Assembly (NCBI GenBank): GCA_963817465.1
Contig: CAWFOP010000021.1
Span: 18,803 to 82,802 of the forward strand
Length of the DNA stretch: 64,000 nucleotides
Origin: an uncultured Acidobacteriota bacterium
GTDB lineage: Bacteria; Acidobacteriota; Terriglobia; Bryobacterales; UBA6623
Direction: 5' to 3'
The stretch's first letter is position 1, and the number at the start of each line of letters is the position of its first letter. Below are positions 1 through 10,739 of the stretch, piece after piece. The notes below the pieces were generated by a model that did no database searches, had not been told where the DNA came from, and worked only from the letters and a program-made list of their open reading frames with translations. A program made the position numbers and the translations under genes.

Positions 1-1
1 C

Positions 2-391
2 ACGAACACGTTCAACACCTACGCCGCGCAGCGCTCGAACATCTTGGGTGATCCCGAAGAACTCTCCTCCTGGCGCGACAACGTCAAGGGGACGACCTTC
101 TTCGATCCCACCCTGTTCGCCGCGCCGGGCACGGGCAACTACGGCGATTCGCCGCGCAGCGTTTGCTGCGGGCCGGGCCTCGCCAACGTCGATGCGTCGG
201 TGCACAAGTGGTTCAACTTCACCGAGCGCCTGCGGCTGCAATTCCGCGGCGACTTCTTCAACCTGCCCAACCATCCGGCCTTTTCGGTTCCGGCGACCGG
301 GCGGGGTCGCGGCGACTTCGCCACGATCTCGTCGACCTTGCTCGGCACCGGCGGTCGCGTGACGCAGCTTTCGCTAAGACTCGAGTTTTAG
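2..391 (+). CDS. TonB-dependent outer-membrane receptor, C-terminal fragment (5' end outside window)
   Basis: Frame is open from the window edge. The C-terminal barrel strands ...FRGDFFNLPNHPAF...RVTQLSLRLEF end in a terminal aromatic residue, like the three full-length TBDRs in this window. Confidence 0.7.
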   Translation, partial: TNTFNTYAAQRSNILGDPEELSSWRDNVKGTTFFDPTLFAAPGTGNYGDSPRSVCCGPGLANVDASVHKWFNFTERLRLQFRGDFFNLPNHPAFSVPATGRGRGDFATISSTLLGTGGRVTQLSLRLEF

Positions 392-404
392 GGCTCGCAA
401 GCGT

Positions 405-457
405 GGCAAAAACAACCAGGCCGCCGACGCATTCGGCGGCCTGCGTTGTTTTCATTT
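405..457. terminator. Intrinsic terminator hairpin after the TBDR fragment
   Basis: Perfect 10-bp stem AGGCCGCCGA (418-427) / TCGGCGGCCT (433-442) with a 5-nt loop. It is followed by GCGTTGTTTTCATTT and preceded by an A-rich run. Confidence 0.6.
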
Positions 458-473
458 GAGACAATAGATCGGA

Positions 474-2108
474 ATGGGTTTTGTGCGAATTTTGGTCGCG
501 GCGACGGTGCTCGTCGCCGGCGCCTTCGCCCAGACATCCGAATACAGCGTCGATCCCAAGTTCGGCGCCCAGCGCCCGATCGACCGTATCCTCGAGCGCG
601 CCGATCCCGAACAAGACAACTGGGTCGGCGAGCGCGATTACGAAGAGATCAACGCCAAGCTCAAGACGATCGCGACCGGGATCAAGGACGGCAGCGGCGG
701 CTTCGAGCCGCTCAAATCCGAGCTCGAGCGCTTCGCCCACGTCAAGCTCGCCGAGTTCAAGATCGTCGGCAGCCGGCGTTCGGACGCCGCGGCGAAAGAC
801 GCCCAAATCGACATTAGGCTCGAGCTCGGCGGCGAAACCCGCGACGGCGAGCTGCTGTCTCTGCTCGGTCCGGTGGAGATGCGTTGGACCCGCGACGGCG
901 ACGACTGGACATTGGCCGAAACAAAGGTAGGAGAGCTGCGCGAAGTCGAGGCGCCGCGCTTCCAGTTCACCGAGATCACCGAGCAGGTTTTCGGCAAGAT
1001 TCCGTCCTTCCAGCGGCAGCTCGCCAAAGACACCAACTACTGGCGCGGAGCGCTCGATGCCGCCGTCGGCGTGCAGGTCTACGGGCATCACGGCGTGTCG
1101 CTCGGCGATTACAACGGCGACGGCCTCGACGACCTCTACGTCAGCCAGCCCGCAGGCCTGCCCAATCGTCTTTACCGCAACAACGGCGACGGCACGTTCT
1201 CGGACGTGAGCAAGGCGGCGGGCCTCGACGTGCTCGACGACACGTCGATGAGCCTGTTCGCGGACCTCGACAACGACGGCGATCAGGACATCATCCTCAT
1301 CGGCGCCGAGCCGCTGCTGTTCCGCAACGACGGCGGCAAGTTCACCTACGACCCGGCCGCCGGACTGCGTCCCGCGCCTGACAAGGCCGCCATGCTGACC
1401 GGCGCCTCACTGGCCGACTACGACAACGACGGCGACCTCGATCTCTACGTCTGCGCTTACGATTTCTGGCAAGCCGGCTCGGACTACGACGCCCCGACTC
1501 CGTACTACGACGCGACCAACGGCCCGCCGAACCTGCTGTTCCGCAACAAGGGCGACGGCACGTTCGAGGAGGTCACCGAAGCCGCCGGCCTGATGGAAGG
1601 CAACAACCGCTTCAGTTTCGACGCCTCCTGGGCCGACTACGACAACGACGGCGATCCCGACCTCTATGTCGCCAACGATTTCGGGCGCAACAACCTGTAC
1701 CGCAACAACGGCGACGGCACATTCCGCGAAGCCTCGAAGGAAGCGGGCCTGGAAGACTTGGCGGCGGGGATGTCGGCTTCGTGGGGCGACTACGACAATG
1801 ACGGAGATTTAGATCTCTACGTCTCGAACATGTGGTCGTCGGCGGGCCAGCGCATCACGTTCAACTCGCAGTTCGAGAACGTTGCCGGCTCGGCCGAGGT
1901 GCGCGAGAAGTTTCAGCGCCAAGCGCGCGGCAACTCCCTGTTTCGCAACAACGGCGACGGCACGTTCAGCGACATCAGCGAAGAGGCCGGCGTGACGATG
2001 GGACGCTGGGCCTGGGCGTCCGAGCTGGTCGATCTCGACAACGACGGGCAACTCGACATCTTCGTTCAGAACGGGTACATCACAGGCGACCGCCTGGACG
2101 ACCTTTGA
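474..2108 (+). CDS. FG-GAP/VCBS repeat protein (CRTAC1-like), N-terminal part; ORF ends at an in-frame TGA (2106-2108)
   Basis: Signal peptide MGFVRILVAATVLVAGAFAQ. At least 6 repeats of the DYDNDGDLDLYV / RNNGDGTF type. The reading frame continues after the TGA (see findings). Confidence 0.8.
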   Translation: MGFVRILVAATVLVAGAFAQTSEYSVDPKFGAQRPIDRILERADPEQDNWVGERDYEEINAKLKTIATGIKDGSGGFEPLKSELERFAHVKLAEFKIVGSRRSDAAAKDAQIDIRLELGGETRDGELLSLLGPVEMRWTRDGDDWTLAETKVGELREVEAPRFQFTEITEQVFGKIPSFQRQLAKDTNYWRGALDAAVGVQVYGHHGVSLGDYNGDGLDDLYVSQPAGLPNRLYRNNGDGTFSDVSKAAGLDVLDDTSMSLFADLDNDGDQDIILIGAEPLLFRNDGGKFTYDPAAGLRPAPDKAAMLTGASLADYDNDGDLDLYVCAYDFWQAGSDYDAPTPYYDATNGPPNLLFRNKGDGTFEEVTEAAGLMEGNNRFSFDASWADYDNDGDPDLYVANDFGRNNLYRNNGDGTFREASKEAGLEDLAAGMSASWGDYDNDGDLDLYVSNMWSSAGQRITFNSQFENVAGSAEVREKFQRQARGNSLFRNNGDGTFSDISEEAGVTMGRWAWASELVDLDNDGQLDIFVQNGYITGDRLDDL

Positions 2109-2119
2109 AGTTTCTTCTG

Positions 2120-2136
2120 GCGACAGGTCGTGTCGC
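2120..2136 (+). promoter_or_regulatory. SECIS-like hairpin 12 nt downstream of the in-frame UGA
   Basis: Stem GCGAC (2120-2124) / GUCGC (2132-2136) with loop AGGUCGU. The GGUC lies at +21..+24 from the U of UGA; from memory, the E. coli fdhF SECIS has GGUC at about +22..+25. Confidence 0.35.
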
Positions 2137-4016
2137 AAAGCCCCCAACACCAAAGCGGATCGAAAACCTACCAGGACGCCTGGCGGGCGATCAACATCCT
2201 GATCCGCTCCGACGGCTCTTGGAGCGGCCGCGAGCGCAACGTCTGCTACCGCAACGCGGGCGACGGCAAGTTTGTCGACGTTTCTTTCGTAAGCGGGCTC
2301 GACCTGGATACGGACGGCCGCTCGTTCGTGCCGATCGATCTCGACAACGACGGCGACCTCGACCTGATTCTGAAAAACCGCACGGGGACGCAACTGCGCG
2401 CCTTCCGCAACGACGCCCCGGCGGGCAAGCTCTTGACGGTCGAGCTGAGCGGCAAGCCGGACAGCGGCGTCGGCGCGCGAGTCACTCTCGAGACCGACCG
2501 CCGCAGGATGATCCGCGAGGTCGCTTCGAAGTCGGGGTACCTTTCGCAGGCGAGCCGCCTGGCGCGATTCGGCGTAGTCGAAGGCGAAACGCCTCGGATG
2601 ATCACCGTGCGTTGGCGCTCGGGTTCGGAGCAGCGCTTCGAAGACCCGCCCGCCCAAGGCGAGATGCGGATCGTCGAGGGCGAACAGACGTGGTCCGCGC
2701 CGCGCCGCGAGGCCTGGGAAGGCCCGCGCAAGAGCGAACCCGCGGACTCGCTCACCGAGACGGCCGGCGCTTGGCTCGCCGAGCCCATCCCGGCGCCGGA
2801 GTTCAGCCTCGCGACGGACAATGGCGCGTGGAGCCTTGCCGAGCACAAGGGCTCGAAGATCCTGGTCAACTTCTGGGCGACCTGGTGTCCGCCCTGCCGC
2901 AAGGAGCTGGCCGACTTCCGCGACCGCGCGAGCGATCTCGAGAAGGCCGGCGTCAAGCTGGCGGCGATCTCCGTCGACGACCCGGCCGACCGCGAGAAGG
3001 TGCGCAAGTTCGCCGCCGACCAGAAGCTCTCGTTCCCGGTATTGTTCGCGAACGACGCCACGGTCAACGCATACACCGTGCTCAACGAGCGGCTCTTCGA
3101 CCGCCGCCTGAACCTAGCCATCCCGACCAGCTTCCTGGTGGACGAGCAGGGCCGCATCGTCAAGACCTATCGCGGCGAGACCGCGGCCCAAGACGTTGTG
3201 GCCGACGCCGAGGCCGGCGCCGGCTCGGCCATTCCATTCGAGGGCCGGTGGGTCCGCTCCGGTCCGCGTCGCGACTTCGTCGAGCTCGCCACCGCTTTCG
3301 CCGAGCGCCGTCTCGTGCAGCCGGCGCGGGCTTTGTTCGAATACGCCTTGGCGCGCGGGGTCGAGACGCCCGAGCTATTCAACAATCTCGCCGGCTTGCT
3401 CAGTCTCCAGGGCGACTATAAAGACGCCGCGGACTACCTGCGCAAGTCGCTGACTCTGTCGCCGAACCAGCCGAACGCCAAGGTCAACCTGGCCTCGGCG
3501 CTGATCGAGCTGGGCTCGGCGGATCAAGCCGCGCCGCTGCTTTCAGCGGCTCTGGCGGCGCAACCCGACGACCCACAGGCGCTGGCCGTTCTCGCCGCCA
3601 TCCGCGCGGCGCAAAACGACGTCGCCGAGGCCGAGCGGCTTTACTCGCGCGCCATCGAGCAGCAGCCTGATAATCCCGATCTGCATGAGAGCCTAGCGGG
3701 CCTCTACGCCTCGACCGATCGTTTTCAGCAAGCGATCGATTCGTATGAGAAGGCGCGCACCCTTGGGTCGAATTCGGCGTTGATCAATTCGAACCTCGGC
3801 GTGCTCTATATGCAGCGCGGCATGCCCGCCAACGCGCTGCTGGCCTTTCAGCGCGCCGTCTCGGCCGAACCAGGCGACTACGGCGCCAACCTCAACCTGG
3901 CGCTCTACTACCTCAACGCCGGCGACGCCGAAAAAGCTCGCCAATACGCCGAAAAGGCTCGCTCCATCGACCCCGAGCGTACCGAAGCGAACCAAGTCTT
4001 CGAGCAGCTCGAGTAG
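2130..4016 (+). CDS. Continuation of the same protein: last FG-GAP repeat + ASPIC/UnbV domain + TlpA-like thioredoxin domain (WCPPC) + TPR repeats
   Basis: Same frame as 474..2108. Sequence is open from 2109 (SFFWRQVV...). Recognisable elements: RNAGDGKFVDVS..DLDNDGDLDL repeat, UnbV-like GARVTLETD...SGYLSQ, FWATWCPPCRKE, and multiple TPR units at the C-terminus. Confidence 0.75.
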   Translation: MSQSPQHQSGSKTYQDAWRAINILIRSDGSWSGRERNVCYRNAGDGKFVDVSFVSGLDLDTDGRSFVPIDLDNDGDLDLILKNRTGTQLRAFRNDAPAGKLLTVELSGKPDSGVGARVTLETDRRRMIREVASKSGYLSQASRLARFGVVEGETPRMITVRWRSGSEQRFEDPPAQGEMRIVEGEQTWSAPRREAWEGPRKSEPADSLTETAGAWLAEPIPAPEFSLATDNGAWSLAEHKGSKILVNFWATWCPPCRKELADFRDRASDLEKAGVKLAAISVDDPADREKVRKFAADQKLSFPVLFANDATVNAYTVLNERLFDRRLNLAIPTSFLVDEQGRIVKTYRGETAAQDVVADAEAGAGSAIPFEGRWVRSGPRRDFVELATAFAERRLVQPARALFEYALARGVETPELFNNLAGLLSLQGDYKDAADYLRKSLTLSPNQPNAKVNLASALIELGSADQAAPLLSAALAAQPDDPQALAVLAAIRAAQNDVAEAERLYSRAIEQQPDNPDLHESLAGLYASTDRFQQAIDSYEKARTLGSNSALINSNLGVLYMQRGMPANALLAFQRAVSAEPGDYGANLNLALYYLNAGDAEKARQYAEKARSIDPERTEANQVFEQLE

Positions 4017-4062
4017 ACCCTCGAGCCGTGACCGGTCAGGATGCCGTTTCTCATCACGATCC

Positions 4063-4260
4063 TCGGTTGCTCGAAAAGACCCCTCCCGTACGAGTCTGTG
4101 TGAAAACGCGGGCGCGACCTCGTCCGGAGGACGAAGCAATTGATACCCCGGGTGGAGCGTACGAACGCGTAAACCTCCAAGAGAATCTTTCCAATACTTT
4201 CCGTCCAGTGGATCCCCGCATCCCTCTGGACGAGCGTCGTACCGCCTCGCGGTTGTTACT
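4063..4260. repeat. Intergenic dispersed repeat, copy 1 (MITE-like core with the left inverted repeat only, embedded in a second repeat module)
   Basis: GAGTCTGTGTGAAAACGCGGGCGCGACCTCGTCCGGAGGACGAAGCAAT...CCCCGGGTGGAGCGTA is near-identical to 40826-40895 and 43541-43610. The flanks TCGGTTGCTCGAAAA..CCCTCCC and CGC(C/T)TCGCGGTTGT match 41036-41095. Confidence 0.8.
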
Positions 4261-4281
4261 GTGGAGCGGCCAAAGGCTGCG

Positions 4282-5244
4282 CTAAGAAGCCAAGGCGTTC
4301 CTGCAGTACTGCACACACTTCTTGACTTCGGCGACCGGGTCGGAGCCGTCGGGCACGGCGTACTCCAGCTCGATTGTGGCGGGCATCTTCCAGCCGTTTT
4401 TTTGTACCGTCTGGAGAATCTCTTTGATAGGAGTGTCGCCTTGGCCCCAAGGCAGGTTGCCTGCGCCGTGTGCGGGCGTTTGGCGATCTTTCAAGTGAAA
4501 GCTCGCCACCCGGCTATGGTGTCTTTGAAGGAACTCCATCGGAGAGCCGCCCACGCTGCCGGCCGCTACGTAATGGCCGAGATCGACGTTGGCCATATTG
4601 CCCGGCGAGAGCTCGAACGCGCGGTCGAAGCAGGTCATCGTGCCCTGCGTATGCGTGTGATAGGCCGCGTAAATCTTGCGCCGCATCGCCGTGTCGCCGA
4701 TGCGCTTGAGCTGCGTGTCGTCGGTCGGCAACTCCAGCGTCGTGTGCGTGCAACCCAACGCCTCGGCCGTGTTGAACACGTACTCGAGCTCTTCGTCGGA
4801 CATGTCGGGCCTCATGATCTTGACTGCGTAGATGCTCACGCCGGCGTCGTTGTACATCTTGCGCAGGGCCTTGTACTTGTCCATCGAGACGGACAGACGC
4901 CAATTCTTCAGGGCTTGGCGGGCGGCTTCGATTTCCGCCCGTTGCTCCGGCGTGAGGTCGCGGCCGCGTGGGGGGCCGCCGCGGGGCTGTGCGGGTCTTC
5001 CCGCGTAACTCTCCGCCGGGTCGCCCATCAACTCGATCGCACTGATGCCCGAATCGACGACATACTTCAACGTCGCCTCCGCACTCTGGTCGGGCAGGCT
5101 GCGATAGCTGTAGGTGATGGCGCCGATTTGTACGCCGTCGATCAGTGAATTCGGCGCCGCGCTCAGCGGACGAGGCTTGAGCAGTTGACCCGCCGCGGCG
5201 CCGGCGAGGGTCAGTTTCCCAAAATTTCTTCTCGAATAGTTCAC
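4282..5244 (-). CDS. Sugar phosphate isomerase/epimerase (xylose isomerase-like TIM barrel) with Tat-type signal
   Basis: N-terminus MNYSRRNFGKLTLAGAAAG. The body resembles the AP endonuclease 2 / xylose-isomerase-like fold family (IGAITYSYR..., ELMG, HLKD). Confidence 0.65.
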   Translation of the reverse strand: MNYSRRNFGKLTLAGAAAGQLLKPRPLSAAPNSLIDGVQIGAITYSYRSLPDQSAEATLKYVVDSGISAIELMGDPAESYAGRPAQPRGGPPRGRDLTPEQRAEIEAARQALKNWRLSVSMDKYKALRKMYNDAGVSIYAVKIMRPDMSDEELEYVFNTAEALGCTHTTLELPTDDTQLKRIGDTAMRRKIYAAYHTHTQGTMTCFDRAFELSPGNMANVDLGHYVAAGSVGGSPMEFLQRHHSRVASFHLKDRQTPAHGAGNLPWGQGDTPIKEILQTVQKNGWKMPATIELEYAVPDGSDPVAEVKKCVQYCRNALAS

Positions 5245-5409
5245 GGTCGCGAGTCCTCCGACGGGCAGACGTTCAGCCCCAGCATTATAGGACTCAGCGC
5301 CGGCTCGAGCGCGTCATAGCGCGACATAGACCGTGTCGAAGCAAACCAAAGCCTTGGACCAACTGCGGTGGGCCGCCCACGCAGCGAAGTACAATCGGCG
5401 AAGGCTACG

Positions 5410-6925
5410 ATGACCCGACGACAGTTCCTCGAAAGCTCCGCCCTCGGCGCCGGTGCGCTCAGCGCGGCCTGCTCCTCCCCGACTGCTCCTTCCACGCCCG
5501 AAGAAAAGGTCCCCAACATCGTCCTGCTCATGGGCGACGATCACGCCTGGGACGAGACCGCCTATAACGGGCATCCCTACCTGAAAACGCCGGTCCTCGA
5601 CGACATGGCCGCCTCCGGCTTGCGCTTCGACCGCTTCTATTCCGCCTCGCCTGTGTGCTCGCCGACGCGGGGCAGCGTCCTCACCGGACGCCATCCGAAC
5701 CGCTACGGAACCTTCAGCGCCAACTGGTCCATCCGTCCCGAAGAGATCACCATCGCCGAATCTGCTCGGCGACGCCGGCTATGTCTGCGGCCACTTCGGC
5801 AAGTGGCATGTCGGTCCGGTCAAGCAAGGTTCGCCGACCAACCCGGGCGCGATGGGATTCGACGAGTGGCTCTCGCACGACAATTTTTTCGAGCTCAATC
5901 CGGTGCTCTCGCACAACGGCGGGCCGCCCGAGAAATTCGAGGGCGAAAGCTCGGAGGTCGTCGTCGACGCGGCCATCCGTTTCATCGACGACGCTGACAA
6001 GGCCGGCCGCCCGTATCTCGCCGTTGTCTGGTTCGGCTCGCCCCATGAGCCCTACAGCGGACTCGACAAGGATCTCGCGCTCTACGACGACGTGCCCGCG
6101 AAGTTCAACGACCGCAGCGTCCGGCTCACCAGCAACGAAACCGGCGGGACGGTCGAGCGGCCCCTAGGCGACGTTCTCCGCGAACGCTACGCCGAGATCA
6201 CCGCCATGGACCGCGCCATCGGCAAGCTGCGCTCGCACCTCGCCGAGCAAGGAGGCGGGCAAAACACGATCTTGTGGTACGTCGGCGACAACGGCATCCC
6301 CGCCAGCGGCCGCGCCACGACGCCTTTTCGCGGACAGAAGGGCGACGTGTATGAAGGCGGCATTCGCGTCCCCGGCGTTCTCGAATGGCCCAAACGCATC
6401 GCTCAGCACCGCGCCACGGCCGTCAACTGCGTTACCAGCGACATGCTCCCGACCCTGTGCGACATCGTCGGCGTCGCGGCGCCCGAACGCCCGCTCGACG
6501 GCATCAGCCTCGAGCCGCTCATCGCGGGCGACATGACCGAGCGCGCCACGCCGATCTGCTTCTGGAACTTCGAAACCCGCCGCGAGGCCCAAGCCAACCT
6601 CGAGCCCTACATCGATCCCAAGCTCCAAGAGGGCACGACTCCGCTCGTGAAGCTCATGAACGGCAAAGCGACGCGAAGCTTCGTCAACTACCGCCATCCC
6701 AAGATCACCGAAGACGACTACTCCGGCGACCGCGCCATCCTCGACAACCGCTACAAGCTCGTCATCACCGACGAGACTGAGGAACTTTTCGACATCCGCG
6801 CCGACCAGGCCGAAAAGAAGAATCTCATCGCCTCCAAGCCCGAAATCGCCGCAGATCTCGAGAAGCGACTGCGGGCTTGGCAGCAGTCCGTCCTCGAAAG
6901 TTTGACCGGCGCCGACTACAGCTAA
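5410..6925 (+). pseudogene. Arylsulfatase-family (formylglycine-dependent) sulfatase with a 1-nt frame disruption near 5761
   Basis: Tat signal [16 protein letters not shown]. Motifs [10 protein letters not shown] and [12 protein letters not shown] (C-x-P-x-R) are in frame 1. [19 protein letters not shown]...SPHEPY... is in frame 2, and the frames join if t5761 is removed. Confidence 0.75.
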
Positions 6926-6940
6926 CGTTGCGAGCCGCCA

Positions 6941-7162
6941 TTGAAACCGCTTGAAGTTCGCGTCGAATGCTACAGCGGCTCGCGCGCCGACGAGCGGCCG
7001 CTGCGCTACGCCCTAGGCGACCGCAGCGTCGAGATCGTCGAGATCCTGGGCCAATCGCGGGAGCCGGACGCTGACGTCTTCGACATCCGAGACGCAGACG
7101 GCCTTGAGCTCCGGCTGCGGCGAGACCTGGCTTCCGATAGCTGGACTCTCGATTCAAATTAG
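6941..7162 (+). CDS. Small hypothetical protein (73 aa, TTG start)
   Basis: Compact ORF in an otherwise empty gap with non-repetitive composition. No recognisable domain. Confidence 0.35.
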   Translation: MKPLEVRVECYSGSRADERPLRYALGDRSVEIVEILGQSREPDADVFDIRDADGLELRLRRDLASDSWTLDSN

Positions 7163-7179
7163 CCCGGGGGCGAGCCGCC

Positions 7180-8433
7180 TCACCCGGGCAGGCTGACACG
7201 CCGCTTGGCGACGCGAATCGCGGCCTCGCCGGCTGGAACCCGCACCCGGATCGGCTCGACCAGGCCGGGGCCGCGGTGCCAATTTCGCAAGCGGTCGACG
7301 AGCAAGGTGTTGAGCTCCTGGCCTTTGCTCATCACCGCGACGCCGTTGCGCGCTTGCACGTCCTGGTCGAGGATCATGAAGCTGCGCAGCTGCCTGACCT
7401 CGACCGCGCAGACCCTTTCGCCGCGCTTCGCGCCCCCGTACGAACGCAGCGCTTCCAAGACCCGCTCGTCGTATTCGCCCAGCGCCTCCAGCCGCCCGAC
7501 GGCCGTCCTGACGCGCATCCCCGGCGCGATGAGGCGATCCGCCGCCAGCGCGACGCGCAACATCTCCGCGCCCAGGCGTTGTTCCGGGTCGGCGACGGCG
7601 TTCGGGTCACTTTGTCCGCCGACAAACGCCGCTACCCGGCTCAACGGCGGGATCCGGGCCAACAGCTCCCTGCCGACCTCCGGGTGGTCGTCCAACATTT
7701 GCTGCTCTTGCTCCGAGATGGGTTGGCCGGCGTAGGCCCTCTCGAGGGTATCCGGCGGCAGGGTCACGCACCCGATGTGCGACAACGTTGCGGCCGCCTC
7801 ATACTGCCAATGATCTTCGAGACCGAGATGCTCCGCCATGTGCGCCACGAACGCCCTGATGCGATCCGAACGGTTGAACGCTTCCGGAGCAGCCAACCGG
7901 AGGACGTCCGCCAACACCGTGACGGTTCCGGTTAAAGTGTCCTCGAGCAATTGACGCTCGGCCGTGATGCGCCGATGCTCCTCGACGGCCGCCTGGAGCG
8001 ACTCGATCAGCGTTTCCGGAGGACAGGGCTTTGACATGCAGCGGTAGACGTTCCCTGCGTTGATCGCCGCTATCACTGCGCTGAGGTCGGCCTGGCCCGT
8101 CAGCGCCACGCGGACGGTCTCGGGCGCCAGCTCACGCGCCTTCGCCAGGAACTCAGGCCCGCACATGTCACGCAGCCGCAAGTCGGCGACGACCGCCTCG
8201 AAGGGGCCTTCGCTATCAAGCGCTTCGAGGCCCTTCTCGCCCGTTGCGGCGGCGGTCACGTCGAACGCGCCGAACAGAACATTCTCCAGCTCGCCGAGCG
8301 CTTGCGCTTCGTCGACACAAAGAATCCGCGGCGCCTCTTCCGTCTCCGGTTGCGTCTCGTTGGCTTCCGGCGTCAGCTCTACGTCGCCTAGTTCTGAACG
8401 CCATTCGCGGCTGTCCGGTCCTAACGTCGTCAC
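7180..8433 (-). CDS. Response regulator: receiver domain + degenerate HD-GYP-like domain + C-terminal domain of unknown function
   Basis: REC features ILCVDE...VVADLRLRDM...KP. The HD-GYP-like helical region has LHDIGK replaced by LSHIGC and shows no HHE/GYP motif. Confidence 0.65.
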   Translation of the reverse strand: MTTLGPDSREWRSELGDVELTPEANETQPETEEAPRILCVDEAQALGELENVLFGAFDVTAAATGEKGLEALDSEGPFEAVVADLRLRDMCGPEFLAKARELAPETVRVALTGQADLSAVIAAINAGNVYRCMSKPCPPETLIESLQAAVEEHRRITAERQLLEDTLTGTVTVLADVLRLAAPEAFNRSDRIRAFVAHMAEHLGLEDHWQYEAAATLSHIGCVTLPPDTLERAYAGQPISEQEQQMLDDHPEVGRELLARIPPLSRVAAFVGGQSDPNAVADPEQRLGAEMLRVALAADRLIAPGMRVRTAVGRLEALGEYDERVLEALRSYGGAKRGERVCAVEVRQLRSFMILDQDVQARNGVAVMSKGQELNTLLVDRLRNWHRGPGLVEPIRVRVPAGEAAIRVAKRRVSLPG

Positions 8434-8485
8434 ACCCTAGAGCCTCATCGACCGTCCGTTAACCGACCGTTAGTCAGGGTCCTTC

Positions 8486-9995
<1,510 letters not shown>

Positions 9996-10000
9996 GCGCT

Positions 10001-10669
10001 CTATTCTTTGGCGTCGTCGCGGCCGGCCGCGCGCCGCGCGTCGTTGCGGTCGTAGGGCCGGCAGACGAACTGCAAACCTAGCAGCATCTTCTCGCCCGTG
10101 CGGCGGCGATAGCGAATCGCCGCCATGCATTCCATCGCTTCGCCGCGCAGCTTGACCATCACTTCTCGGGGCACGGCGTTTTCAATCTCGACACAAGCGC
10201 CCAGCTCCGAGATGTCCAGCACGCGAACGGGCGAGCCCGCGGGACGGATTCCTTCCGTCCACGACAGCCAGCCCGTCCCCTCCGCCTTCACGCGGCTCAT
10301 GCGGCGACGTTCGTTGTCCAGGTAGAGAAAGCCCGTCTTCCAGCGGTCCATGCGGATGTGGCGGCTGTAGCGCACGACCGCCTTGCGCATGCCTTCTTCG
10401 ATTCCGTCAAGCCAGACCGACTGGTTCACAGGGAACTGCCGGTCGGTGTAGAGGCCCGCTCCCTTCGACGTCGAGTCTCTGAGCCGCGCCGGTTCGGTGT
10501 GCACCTGCTCGTCCTCATCGATCCACAGGATGCGGACTTCTCCGTGATCGGCCAGCCGCATCTCGCCGCGGCGCTCCCTGCCCATCACTTCGCGAGGCGG
10601 CAGCCGGTTCGCGGTCTGCTCCCGAACTCCCTCGAGCGCTCGATCGAGATGATCGTGCATCACACTCAA
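10001..10669 (-). CDS. Tandem PilZ-domain protein (putative c-di-GMP receptor)
   Basis: Two RxxxR ... D/N-x-S-x-x-G units: RERRGEMRL...RDSTSKGAG and NERRRMSRV...LDISELGAC. Confidence 0.6.
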   Translation of the reverse strand: MSVMHDHLDRALEGVREQTANRLPPREVMGRERRGEMRLADHGEVRILWIDEDEQVHTEPARLRDSTSKGAGLYTDRQFPVNQSVWLDGIEEGMRKAVVRYSRHIRMDRWKTGFLYLDNERRRMSRVKAEGTGWLSWTEGIRPAGSPVRVLDISELGACVEIENAVPREVMVKLRGEAMECMAAIRYRRRTGEKMLLGLQFVCRPYDRNDARRAAGRDDAKE

Positions 10670-10739
10670 TAATCGAGGGTTAGCTTTTCCGCCGGCAATA
10701 GGGCGTTCGCCTGAACAATGACGGAATCCCGCCCCGCGG

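Noticed and set aside
1080-2100. Highly periodic DNA (GACTACGACAACGACGGCGA... recurring every ~180-200 bp) that could be mistaken for a repeat array or CRISPR.
   Set aside because: The periodicity is at protein level (FG-GAP/VCBS calcium-binding loops DYDNDGD). The spacing is irregular and the units are not identical at DNA level.
4028-4285. Short ORFs with mutually similar peptides (4028..4285 +, 40822..41115 +, 43545..43784 +, 3908..4180 -, and the N-terminus of 40099..40902 -), suggesting a small gene family.
   Set aside because: The similarity comes from the dispersed DNA repeat. The frames are not conserved between copies, and the copies carry indels.
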